Source of the DNA: Candidatus Thalassarchaeaceae archaeon
GTDB taxonomy: Archaea > Thermoplasmatota > Poseidoniia > Poseidoniales > Thalassarchaeaceae
Assembly (NCBI GenBank): GCA_045568075.1
Contig: JBJLBP010000001.1
Span: forward strand, 1,140,001-1,172,000
Direction of reading: 5' to 3'
Length of the DNA stretch: 32,000 nucleotides
Positions 1 through 10,700 of the stretch are shown in pieces (the first letter of the stretch is position 1; each line of letters begins with the position of its first letter). The translations under genes and the position numbers were made by a program. Under the pieces are notes generated by a model. The model searched no databases. It saw only the letters and a program-made list of their open reading frames with translations, and had not been told where the DNA came from.

Positions 1-1665
1 CTTGGCTGACTGGACTGCAATGGAGAACGGTAGCCTGGAACTCGGTTTTACTAGTGTCTTCGTAATAATCGCGCATGGTTATTGGCTGACCGATCGGGAA
101 AATTTCCCCCTTCGCCTTGCCTTTTGCTGCAGCCTTAGTCCCCTCTGCATTGCGTGCAGCCATATCGGCGGCGAATCCAACTCGCACTGAGAGGTTCTGC
201 CAACCGAGCCCATGGGCTATCGAGACTACCATGTCAGGATTGAGACCACGCTCTTCGGCTAGTCGGAAAAGCGTCTCATCTGGCGCTTCGCTGGCATCCT
301 TTGCCACATCGCGCAGAGCCGTTCGGACCGCCGCCTCACCCTTGCGTAGCATCTCGTGATAACGGGCTTCTTCCAGAGAGAGAATAGTCAGGATTCCTTC
401 GCGCGACTGAACAAATCGAGTCATGTCGAGGTGAGTATCCATGTGGTGCTCACCTAATTGAGCAAGGCTCACATCGATGCCCAAATCTCCCTTCATGCGA
501 CAAACTCGCCTTGCCATCATGCGAGCCAAATAACCCGCCTTGGCATTACTAGGAACCAGCCCATCGCCCAACATGTTGCATATTGCATGCATGTGGTCGG
601 GAATAGCGTAAATTGAGGATAGCGGCTCAGTCACGCGTTTTAGGTCGCCAACAGAAATCTTTACTCCGCCATCGGTCAAACGCTCTGCGAGTCGTTGATA
701 CAAAGAATCAACATCTGTCCCAACATCGATATTGAGGATTCCAGCAAGTTGAGACAACTCGGCGAGCAAAGCATCAGTATCGACGCTGAGCCCCAGCCCT
801 ACAACCATCTCATCGAATCCAGCAAGCCCCTTGAGCCAATCCACCGACTCGGGATAAATCGCTTCGTAAATCGTCGGTGTTCCAGCCGCAGCCCAGCAAA
901 ATCGCTCGAGCCCATAGCCCGTATCGATGATTTGTAGAGGCATGTCGCGGTATCGGAGTCCTTTGATCTCGACATCGCCTTCCTCGTGCTCTTCTAGACT
1001 CATGAAAACCAGAGTCGCAAGTTCAAGACCGCCAACAATAACTTCCAGTGCGGGCCCGGCATTACCGCCGCCAGACCATGGATTTTCGATGTAAGTGATA
1101 TCGGCAGGAGCAATACCAAAGGTGTTGACCAGCATATCGTCGCAATAGCGGACGCATTGGTCAATCCAGTAAATCACCTCGCCATCCTGAGGTCGATTGA
1201 ACGCGTGGTGCGCCATCATCTCAAATGTCGTTAAATGACGTCCAGAACGGCCAACTGCGGCCACATCCGTCAAACGAATGCAGGGTTGGCTAATTCCCAA
1301 AGGATTCGCCGGAGGAGGGACTGTCCCATTCGTCACATGTGGTTGGAAGTCAGCTATCGACGCTATCGTTAGATGGATGTCGTCGCGCCATCGTGCGAGC
1401 ACGGGGTAAGGATCGACACGCGAATGCCCCGCTGCTCGAAATATCCGAGGAAAGCCTCGCGCATCGCGTCTTTCAGTGCCTTTCCTCGCATCGGGAAGCC
1501 ATCGATAATCGGGTTCCCGATGAAGGTGTATGAATCCTCAACCGTGTCGCCGGAGGTCGTACGAGCAGGGTCTCGTGACCAGAAGCGAAGGCCGGTGACC
1601 TTGCAAATGCGAACCTCGTGTCCGGACTCCTCCCAGAACGGGATGTTAGTCTCTCCGAACGTCAT
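1..1665 (-). CDS. alaS: Alanine--tRNA ligase, archaeal type (N-terminal ~555 codons; the rest lies beyond the left edge); reading frame interrupted by a 1-nt indel at 1427-1430
   Basis: Absent from the ORF track because it runs off the window. Minus-strand translation 1426->1 gives HSRVDPYPVLARWRDDIHLTIASIADFQPHVTNGTVPPPANPLGISQPCIRLTDVAAVGRSGRHLTTFEMMAHHAFN...NPWSGGGNAGPALEVIVGGLELATLVFM...IIDTGYGLERFCWA...GDGLVPSNAKAGYLARMM, which is the class II AlaRS catalytic core. The first ~80 aa (MTFGETNIPFWEE...YTFIGNPII...MREAFLGYFEQRG) sit in ORF 1369..1752 in another frame. Start ATG 1665 is preferred over 1752, which would overlap rtcB. Confidence 0.9.
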
Positions 1666-1736
1666 CGATTGACCCTCTACAGTCGCCCCATCGGCTGGTC
1701 TGTCTTGAAAGCGATTGTCTGTGACGCTGCGGCGCG

Positions 1737-3239
1737 TTGAAATCGAGGGCACCCCCCGAATCAGCCATGAGTGCTGAGTGGAGGAAGCATCTGAGCCCCG
1801 ATGGACCGGGGCGGATGCGCATCGCGAAGCATGGTTCGATGCTGACTGATGCTCTATTGATAGCCGATGCTGAGCACATGGCAGGACATACCGACGACCG
1901 TTCGCCTGAGCAGTTGTGCAATACTGCTGGAATACCTGGAATCATAGGGGAAGCTTGGGCTATGGCTGACTGGCATTTTGGTTATGGATTCCCGATTGGT
2001 GGCGTGGTTGCCACCGATGTTGATGCTGGTGAGCTCGGTGGAGCGATATCACCTGGTGGCGTTGGATTCGACATCAATTGCGGAGTTCGACTTTGTGCGC
2101 TTGATGTCGAGGTCGGCGATATCGATGCAAAAACGCTGGCTGGTACGCTGGCGCGGGAGATTCCGGCCGGTGCTTCGAGTAAAGGTGGAGTCATTTTGGA
2201 TGAGACAAGTATGGCCGCCGTGCTTTCAGAAGGCGCTTCGGCGGCTGTGGAAATGGGATGGGGAGAGGTGCAAGACCTCGCTGCCATCGAATCAAATGGC
2301 GTGCTTGAGAGCGAGGAGCGAAATGTCGGTGAGCGTGCTCAAAAGCGTGGCATGAAGGCTCTAGGTACTTTGGGTAGCGGCAATCACTTCCTCGAATTGC
2401 AAGTTGTCGATAGAGTCGAGGACGGTAGCGCTGCAGCCGCTTATGGCCTGCGAGAAGGACAAGTTACCGCGATGATTCACACAGGTTCTCGTGGTCTAGG
2501 TCACCAAGTTTGCAGCGAGCACGTCGCTGCAATCGAAAGTAAATATCAGCGGGACGGAGATCATTGGTATGCACCAGAGTGGGATTACCGACTGCGCGAC
2601 CGCCAACTAGCAGCTGCGCCGATATTCAGCCGAGAAGGAGGGGCCTATCTCGATGCAATGCGAGCGGCTGGCAATTACGCGTTCGCTAATCGTTCGGCGC
2701 TTACTCAAAGACTGAGGAATGTTCTACGAACTCACCTTGGCCGCGATGGTGGCCTCGAAGTGGTCTACGATGTGAGCCACAATATCGCCAAAGTCGAAGA
2801 TCACATCGTCCACGGGAAATCCTGCAAATGCTGCGTCCACCGCAAAGGTGCGACGAGAGCTCTCGGCGGAGACCATCCCGAACTAGCTAGCAGATTCTCC
2901 GCCGTCGGTCAACCAGTACTCGTACCCGGCGACATGGGGACGGCCTCGTGGGTCCTCGCGGGGCCGAAATCAGGCGCTAATGACGCATTCTCATCATCAT
3001 GCCACGGCGCCGGGCGCCGCCTCTCGCGTACGGCTGCCCGTAAGCAAATCGATTCAGACCAACTACGAGCACAACTCGAGGCCTCAGGTGTCCATGTGCG
3101 CGCAAAGACACCGAATGTTCTCGCGGAAGAAGCTCCGGATGCATACAAGGACGTCGACGAAGTCATCGCCCTGACCGCTTCAGCAAATCTCGCAAGGCCA
3201 GTGGCGCGTCTACGGCCATTCGCTGTAATCAAGGGATGA
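1737..3239 (+). CDS. rtcB: RNA-splicing ligase RtcB (3'-phosphate/5'-hydroxyl RNA ligase)
   Basis: 500-aa ORF carrying the RtcB hallmark motifs: HFGYGFPIGG, GFDINCGVRL (Asp/Cys metal ligands), GSGNHFLE, HTGSRGLGHQV, SHNIAKVE and SSCHGAGR (GMP-His). No intein. The true start is probably ATG 1767 (MSAEW...). Confidence 0.95.
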   Translation: MKSRAPPESAMSAEWRKHLSPDGPGRMRIAKHGSMLTDALLIADAEHMAGHTDDRSPEQLCNTAGIPGIIGEAWAMADWHFGYGFPIGGVVATDVDAGELGGAISPGGVGFDINCGVRLCALDVEVGDIDAKTLAGTLAREIPAGASSKGGVILDETSMAAVLSEGASAAVEMGWGEVQDLAAIESNGVLESEERNVGERAQKRGMKALGTLGSGNHFLELQVVDRVEDGSAAAAYGLREGQVTAMIHTGSRGLGHQVCSEHVAAIESKYQRDGDHWYAPEWDYRLRDRQLAAAPIFSREGGAYLDAMRAAGNYAFANRSALTQRLRNVLRTHLGRDGGLEVVYDVSHNIAKVEDHIVHGKSCKCCVHRKGATRALGGDHPELASRFSAVGQPVLVPGDMGTASWVLAGPKSGANDAFSSSCHGAGRRLSRTAARKQIDSDQLRAQLEASGVHVRAKTPNVLAEEAPDAYKDVDEVIALTASANLARPVARLRPFAVIKG

Positions 3240-3267
3240 ATCGCCTAGATTAGGCTCATGTCGAGTC

Positions 3268-3813
3268 TCACTTCTCGCGATACTCGATTTCGATTACATC
3301 GCCATCATACATGACATAATTCTCGTAATCATAGTTCTGTTCTCCATTGACAAACATCACGACTTCGTTAACATCGTTCGCCTCTTTGTTTAGGATGTGA
3401 GTCTCATCGAAATCCTCACCCCAGATTTGGAAGAAAGCCCCGACTGGAGCATCCATCGCACCTGGAGTCTCGATGTGCAAGCGCCCTGTGTCATCATGCG
3501 TGTGGATCCCTCGCATACCATTGGAACACATTTCATCCTGAATCCCAGTATTACTCGGCACTGCGATTTGGTTTCCGCTGATTGTCACAGAAATTGTGGC
3601 GTGAATGTGTGAAATTGCTCCATCGTGGTCGTCAAGACAAACATCGAGAACTTCCCAGTCGGCCAGTCCATCGGTGGTTGAGCCTGAGTCAAGAATCACG
3701 TATCCTGCGAACGCGATGGTTAACAGGAGTCCTGCAGCCAGCATTGCCTGCGCTCCGTCCATCATGCTGGCGCACCGGTCAAGCGATAATGAATGATATC
3801 CTGCACCGGTCAT
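3268..3813 (-). CDS. Membrane-anchored conserved hypothetical protein with H-x-H / HTHD motifs
   Basis: 181-aa ORF with one N-terminal hydrophobic helix (AMLAAGLLLTIAFAGYVIL). A ~135-aa soluble domain follows with HIHATISVTISG...GIHTHDDTGRLHIE...FFQIWG...MFVNGE...DGDVIEIEY. The likely start is ATG 3765 or 3762 (MMDGAQ), because 3813 shares a CATG with the divergent glycosylase start. Confidence 0.6.
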   Translation of the reverse strand: MTGAGYHSLSLDRCASMMDGAQAMLAAGLLLTIAFAGYVILDSGSTTDGLADWEVLDVCLDDHDGAISHIHATISVTISGNQIAVPSNTGIQDEMCSNGMRGIHTHDDTGRLHIETPGAMDAPVGAFFQIWGEDFDETHILNKEANDVNEVVMFVNGEQNYDYENYVMYDGDVIEIEYREK

Positions 3814-4441
3814 GGTTGAGGCCGGCGCCTATCCGGATTGGTGGGAACAAGCGAAGACCGAACTTTGCAACTCTGACTCTGCCATCGCCAAGGTCATCGC
3901 AGACCGAGAAGAACCCCCTCTCACTTCACGCGGCGATCTCTTCGCCACACTCGTCAAATCGATTGTCGGTCAACAAATTTCGACTAAGGCCGCTGCCGCC
4001 GTATGGGATAGACTGTGCGACCTAGTCGGCCCGATGACCGACGATTCTATTCTCCTGCATACACATGAGGAATTACGCTCGGTTGGCCTCTCCAATCGTA
4101 AGGCCGAATATATCGTTGGAATTGCCCAGGCTTGGAAAGACGAATTGCATACGCTTGATTGGGACTCGATGAGTGATGAAGATATTCTCGAGAAGCTCAT
4201 CGCGCTTCGCGGAGTAGGGCGTTGGACTGCAGAGATGATTTTGATTTTCTCACTTCTACGCCCCGATATATTCCCCATCGATGACATCGGAGTCATCAGA
4301 GGTATGGAGCTAGTTTACAATTCTAGAGAGACTCTGAGCAAGTCACAACTGAACACTATTGCAGAGAAATGGAGGCCTTACCGGACCCTCGGATCATGGT
4401 ATATGTGGAGAATGATTGACCCCGAACCCATCGAATACTAA
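3812..4441 (+). CDS. alkA: HhH-GPD DNA glycosylase (3-methyladenine DNA glycosylase II / AlkA-like)
   Basis: 209-aa ORF with LFATLVKSIVGQQISTKAAAAVWDRL, the helix-hairpin-helix LIALRGVGRWTAEMILIF, and the catalytic-Asp context FPIDDIGVIRGM. This layout is typical of the AlkA/Mag family. Confidence 0.85.
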   Translation: MVEAGAYPDWWEQAKTELCNSDSAIAKVIADREEPPLTSRGDLFATLVKSIVGQQISTKAAAAVWDRLCDLVGPMTDDSILLHTHEELRSVGLSNRKAEYIVGIAQAWKDELHTLDWDSMSDEDILEKLIALRGVGRWTAEMILIFSLLRPDIFPIDDIGVIRGMELVYNSRETLSKSQLNTIAEKWRPYRTLGSWYMWRMIDPEPIEY

Positions 4442-4474
4442 GTGATCGATTGGGCCTGCAAATTGGTTTGCTGC

Positions 4475-4645
4475 TCACATACAGTAGCCGCGTTTTGGCT
4501 GATTGGGTATCTGTGGAGTGGCACCCGATTGGACACCATCCGCCTCTTCCATAATTATCGTCAGAAGGGTGTGAACAAGCGTTCTGAGATCTTCTACCTC
4601 GTCCTTCAATTCCTCTACAGTGACCTCATTGCTCTGCTCTTTCAT
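4475..4645 (-). CDS. Possible small protein (56 aa, acidic helical N-terminus); below the ORF-track size cut-off
   Basis: ATG at 4645 and TGA at 4475-4477. Translation: MKEQSNEVTVEELKDEVEDLRTLVHTLLTIIMEEADGVQSGATPQIPNQPKRGYCM. A TTTATA element on the minus strand (4707-4712) lies ~60 nt upstream and a G-rich stretch (GGGGAT) sits just before the ATG. There is no homology evidence. Confidence 0.3.
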   Translation of the reverse strand: MKEQSNEVTVEELKDEVEDLRTLVHTLLTIIMEEADGVQSGATPQIPNQPKRGYCM

Positions 4646-4797
4646 ATCCCCATCCCCATGCGAGAGAATTGACTTCCCTCAACGATAGGTTCCACTTTCT
4701 GGGGTCTATAAACTCGATAGGTCAGCCTCTCGGCCGGAGGAGGTTTCGGCGACTCGCCTAAGAGCGCCGGAAGACAGACAATTACAGAATCTGATAT

Positions 4798-7700
4798 TCA
4801 CTCTTCATCTGAGTCGTCATCGTCGTCGTCGTCATCGTCGTCGTCTGATTCCTCATCGGCGTCTTCATCCTCAGATTCATCGTCCTCGTCTGATTCCTCA
4901 TCGGATTCCTCATCTGATTCTTCATCCTCGTACTCCCAATCTTCTTCGTAATACGAATCTTCGTCATCCTCGTAGTAATACTCGTCATCCTCGGTACGTG
5001 AACGGTTGACGAAGAATCCGACCATCGCCACTGCAACAAGGAAGACTCCACCGATAATGACCCAGGTCATCATCTCGTCATCTCCACCTTCATCGGTAAT
5101 CACTTGCTGGACTAATAGGCCACTGATAGGGTGTGCTGGGTTGTCGAAATCATCGTCTACGATGATGTAGAGAACCGGCTGACCGGGGTCTCCAGCAATC
5201 CACTCAAATCTAGCATAAACGGATGAGGTCTCAGCCGGAAGGTCGAGGTCGATCGTGTTACTCTCAGAACGCCACTTGCCATCGCCAGTCAATTCGTAGA
5301 GGTTAATCTCAATCGTTCCATCGCGCTTTCCACTATTGCTCCAGAAGGTTTCGATTGTAACGGTTGTGTCAGGGAATGGATCCTTTGGAGTTACCACGAC
5401 ATTGTCCAGTGATGGAACGAATTGCATGATTCTTAGGGCGACTGTGCGCGGGGTGTCATCGCTACCCAATCCTTGGATTTCATTTCCAGCACGGTCGGTC
5501 GATGTGACCCAGAAGAGAATCCGGTCACCATTTGTGACATCGAATCCTTCGAGAGCTGGAGTGAAGTCCAACTTGCCTTGGAAGATATCACGGCCATCGT
5601 CTTCGATAATCAACGGAATGGCACCAGTGTCCTCTGTTCCAGCGACTGGCAAATTATTTCGTAGGAATACCCACGCAACTTCGAGATCATCGGCAGACAT
5701 ACCAATTTCATCAATTATGGTAACTGTTACCAAGACCTCCTCCAGAAGGTCAGATTCCAAGGTTGTTAGAGATGAATCAGGATAATTTGTCTGATCGAAG
5801 AGAACGGTTGGGTTCATGCTGTCTACAGTTACCTGCGCATCCTCATTGATTGCAGAGGCTCCCTGACCTGGTGGGTTGAGGACCGAAGTCGTCAACCCCA
5901 TCGTTGGATTGAGAGGAACTCGCATTGGCAGCGTCATTGAAGCCACCCAAGTTCCGTCTTCATTCACTTCGGCGATGGAGTTGATTTGTTGAGTTCCGTA
6001 AATAATCGTCATCTCAACCTCAAGACCATCAGGAATCGTAGTCATCGCGATACCGGATCCTGAATAGTAGATTTCACCACTCAATTCTAATTCGTCACCT
6101 TGTCTGAGATATAGATGCAAATCTTGTGGTTCGACAACGGGTGGCGTTATGTCAACCATTTGAGATGGAATAGCCGATAGACTGTTGTCCAATTCCCAGG
6201 TCAACTCACCGATATTGTTCTGGTAGGCAACCTCGGTTATGTCATCCATGATGCTCACACTTGGTTTGCAGCCATATTGACCGTCTTCCCATGGGAATTC
6301 CCAGGATAGTTGGAACATCATAGCCAATTCAACCACTGCCGAGGTGATTTGCTGCGTCTGAACTGTTAGCGGTGATACCATCGAATCGTCAGCAGTCCAG
6401 ATATCTCCATTAGCTGGATTGTAGGTGAACTTACCGAGGTTATCTATTCGGTCTCCACAAAGCATTACGCTGACATTGTCCAACGTGTGCAAACCGTTCG
6501 GTTCGTTAATCTGCATCCTAAACGTATGAGGGACTCCTGCTAGCAGATATCCCGTTTCATGGTCCAGCGCGAATCCACCGTTTACCAGATTTGTAGGCTC
6601 ATCGGTAGCGATGGTGATGGTAGCCCATGCATCATCTGCACCTGGGCCGCCTCCAGTGCCTCCATCTTGGTAGGTCAAACCAGCCCAATCAGTTCCTTCA
6701 AGATAGACATGAACTGGACTGTTGAATGATTGTCCGGAGACATCGATACCGGCGAAGTTTACTTGCTGTTCTCCAGTCATCCCAGAACTAAGTGGTTGGG
6801 TCTGCGAGAGATATTCTTCCACGTCGGCGATTCCATCTCCATTGAGGTCATCGACATCAGCGCGCCAGTAGTGCATAGTCAGAGTCTCACCACGAGCCTC
6901 AGCCTCTTGGATAGTCACGAACATGCTCAACGGCACGGTTGGGTCCCATACCTTGCCGTTAGCGGGAGTGAGACCTGTCGCGGTGTTGACCTCTATTTGC
7001 CCAGCGATTGGTGGGTTTGAGTCCTGACGGATCGTAACCACGGTAGCAACTCCTGAGACATCAAGAGCTCCTATCGCTCCTCCCAACGGTCCTACTCGGA
7101 ATAGTTCAGGAGAGGCTGTAACATCACCAGTGCTTGAAGGTGTGTTGACGATTCCACTAAACTCACCGCCATCAGCAGAATCCATCATAATCAGGCTGCC
7201 TGAGAGGTTCAATCGGACTTGGAAGTCATCCCCAATTGGTCGGTTATCGGTGGAATCTTGGAACCTTACTTTACCTGTAATGTTGAGGAGACTTCCTTCG
7301 ATGATTGGGTAAGGATAGAATGTAGAGTACTGATTCGAGAGCAATCTACCGAACTGATCTCGAATCTCGAAGGTCTCGACCTGAAGATCATTCTCTACGG
7401 CCTTCCTTCCAGACTGGCCACTGTTAGATACGGCAGGCCAGACAGTTTCTCCAGCGCTATCCAAGGCCTTTGCCACCCAGCGGATAGATTCGACATCGTC
7501 CCAATTCCATGAGATATCGAAGACCCAACTGACGGCGATGTCGGTATAGCCATCGTTGTGAACAGCTTCAGTGATTGTTGTCGCGGAGGTGTTCAACACG
7601 AGAACACTATCTCCGCGCACCTGACTCAACGTCACCGAATCTGCACCAGCACCCCAGAGTCCATCGGCGCCATTGTAGGCAACGAATTCGATTACTTGTC

Positions 7701-10700
7701 CGTCGGACGCCTGTCCTCGGAGGGTAATTTCTGAGAGTTGTGTATTATCATGCAAGTGATGGTGCTTCGTTGTAATCGAATACGGAGTTCCGCGTGGGTA
7801 GAAGGTATTTGGAACTTGGAAATCTCTGTTTGTGATGATATAATCGAACCTCAAGTCACCATCGACTGTGATAACTCCTGCTTCCGCAGAAATCGATACT
7901 GGAATATTGACCAATTCAGGTGGCGGATCATCAGTGGTTTGAGCATCGTGATAAGCAGCCACAGATGGACCTAGGCCAGATACGTTCTCAAACAATAAGT
8001 AGCCAATTCCGAGTCTCGATAGACTGACCGTCTGCGCACTATTCGAATCAAACTCGATGGTGATATCGCGCCACTCTCTACCAGTATCGGAGTCCGTGTG
8101 GCTCGTGCCTTGAGCAGCAATTGCACCAAGTTGAGCGACGTTCAAAGTATTGTAGAATACGTAATCTGCGGAGCCGCTGGATTGGCTTGCACCTTCAACG
8201 GAGACGCTTACTGCGGCCGCGAAGCCGTCTGCAGATTGAGATGCAACAGTGATGATTCCACCGTACAATGATGCAGAGGTTGGGACCCTCACTGTGACCG
8301 AAGCGGGATTGGTTCCATCTAAATCAAGAGTGGAACTCATTACCTCAGAATCTCCACTGATTAGAGACTGCCATCCATAATGGCCGTAGTCATCACCCAT
8401 TGGGAATGACCATTCTGTTGAGCCGTCATCGAGTACATCCAATGATGGATTCTTCGCGGGTTCAGCGAATTCCGCGGTCATAACCATTCTGTCAATCCAA
8501 CCATTGGACGGTAGAGCAATAGATAGCGAGAATCCAGTGACTGGATAGGTGAATCCAACTCCACCCGATCCACTCGTACCGATTTGGTTGCCGTTCTCAT
8601 CATAGGCGGTGATTGCAATTCCACTCGAAGTATTACCCGATACATCGATGCTCTTGATTGGGCGAGATGAATGGATATAATCCGATGTAATTGTGCCTGC
8701 GATTGTTGTTGCGTTGAGTAATCCGTCGACAACCTCCACACTTGGACTCATGTCCCAGCCGTTAGTATCGAAAGAATCGGCGCTGAGGAATCTCTTACCT
8801 CCTACTGAGATTTTCTTGATTCGAGGCGAGACTTCGGGATTCAGGCTGTCAAGATTGACCTCAACCTTCACGCTATCATGCAGTGCGGAATCGACTCCTG
8901 CTAGTGATATCGGGAATGCTACGTCCTCCAAACCATTCACAACCGCTCCGGTTGAGGTGTCAATCAGAGTACCTGTGAGTGAGGTGTTGGTTGGAACCAG
9001 TGCATCGATATCCAACCATCCGAGATTGAATTCATCGACTGAGGTCAGATCAATTGGCGGACTTGTCCATGAACCTCCAACGGAATAATTCGGGATTAGT
9101 ATTCCGAAATCATCGATGTATCCGCCTTCGTAAGTGACCGAAAAATCGGTATCAAGCCTGAATCGGAATTTTACAGTATCTCCAGCGTATTGAGCGAGAG
9201 GAGCCTGTCGGTTCTCAAATTCATCCTGAGCGCAATCTCCGCTCATCCAAGCATCGTTACCATACATCGCATTGCCAGAATAACCTATAGAGCCGTCATA
9301 CCAACCTGTGATTCCAGGGTCGAAGTATTGCCATGCCCCGTTGTTCACCTTGATGTATAGGCCGATAGCGTCCCAATAATTCTCCGTACAGACCCACTTC
9401 TCGAAAGTTAGAGTGGCTGAGCTGTTTGCGGGAATATCATAGGATGGGCTGATAAGATATGCATCAGCTTGGTTACCGTAATTGCCGTTCATATTTGTTC
9501 CGTAAACGTAAGGGAATGATGGCTCCATCGTGGAGGGCCCTGCTGCACTTCCCAATTGTCCAAGGGACCATTTGTTGGTATTGCTGCCTGAAGTTGGGTT
9601 GCGGGACCAGCCATCAGCATCGTTAACTGTTGGTGAATTTGCACCCGAATCCTCGAAGCCGAGTGATTCGTAAATATCACCAGTGGCAAACATGTAGTGT
9701 GCCCACTCATTAGCTACGGCAGTTCCACTCGGCTGAGTCGCGAGATAATCCGACATCGATGTGCTGGTGGAGAAATCATCTGCAAAAACCACCGTATCAT
9801 CGTCGGTGTAGACTCGAATGTCCCTCACCGTCAAGCCTTCTCGGGAATCTTGTGAGCCACCGTAATTTGTCCAAGTGTCAGTATCAACAATGAATCTCAT
9901 CTCTACATTACTTTGATTCTGATAAGAACTGGGTATTGAGAGATTTATCGTTCTGTAACCGTTGCTCTGATCGTAATAGGTTACCCCATTGGAAGCGCTG
10001 TAACCATATCCTGGAATCGCACCGGTTCGGTCCTCACAGTTCGTTGTCGTTGCCGTTGTGCCTGATGATATATCCGTCCAAGTATTGTTATTCAGAGAGA
10101 GTTCGACACAAGCATTGTCTTGTAAAGATCCTTCGAGATCCCATTCCATATCGATCTCTATCCACGAATCACCGTCTGTTCCAGACAAATCAAGAGACCC
10201 CTGGAGCCCTCCATAAGCCGAGGCTGCGTAATTGCAATAACCGGTGGTTACGATGCATCCGTGATGCCAGACACCAAATTGGATACCATCGTTGTTGTAC
10301 TCGATATTGTCGACGAACCATCCGGGCCTCTCATCTGTAGCGTCAGGTGAAGTCCAGATACGGAATCTGAATTGAATCTCATCAGCATTGTGAATCTCGG
10401 GAATTGAAGAAAGAGATACGTTGCTGTTGACCCAACCACTAGATGTTGGTGATGCGAACACAGGAAGTGCTCCTGACGATGGAGCTCCGTTTACATCTGG
10501 ACCATCTTCGGATAGGGTGCTCGGATAACCTCCATCGGGAGCGACCCATGACCAAGAAGTCCACGTACCATTCTTGATTCTGTATTCAACCCAAACTCCG
10601 TCTCCTTCACCGTTCGCGGTGCTGTCAACGTGATACCAATGGTCGAAGGTCATCCAGTATCCACTCGTGTGAGCCGCACTTGGGACGATGAATTTCGGGG

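Noticed and set aside
117-1672. Plus-strand ORFs 117..359, 695..937, 1339..1533 and 1373..1672 from the track
   Set aside because: All lie antisense to or out of frame with the clearly recognisable alaS coding sequence. Their products are low-complexity (A/S/R/P-rich) with no motifs.
4442-4672. Plus-strand 76-aa ORF (GTG start) after the glycosylase gene
   Set aside because: It has W/C/L/Y-rich composition and no promoter or SD context. The opposite strand holds a more plausible small ORF (4475..4645).
4722-4733. 9-nt identity (CCTCTCGGC) between 4724-4732 and the 3' acceptor end of tRNA-Ser (12011-12019), and a weak resemblance of 4692-4706 to the tRNA-Thr 3' end; considered as att sites of an integrated island carrying the giant gene
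   Set aside because: The matches are too short, since a 9-mer is expected by chance in 64 kb of two-strand sequence at a non-negligible rate. The tRNA-Ser repeat is on the wrong side for 3'-end integration, and there is no integrase or other mobile-element gene.
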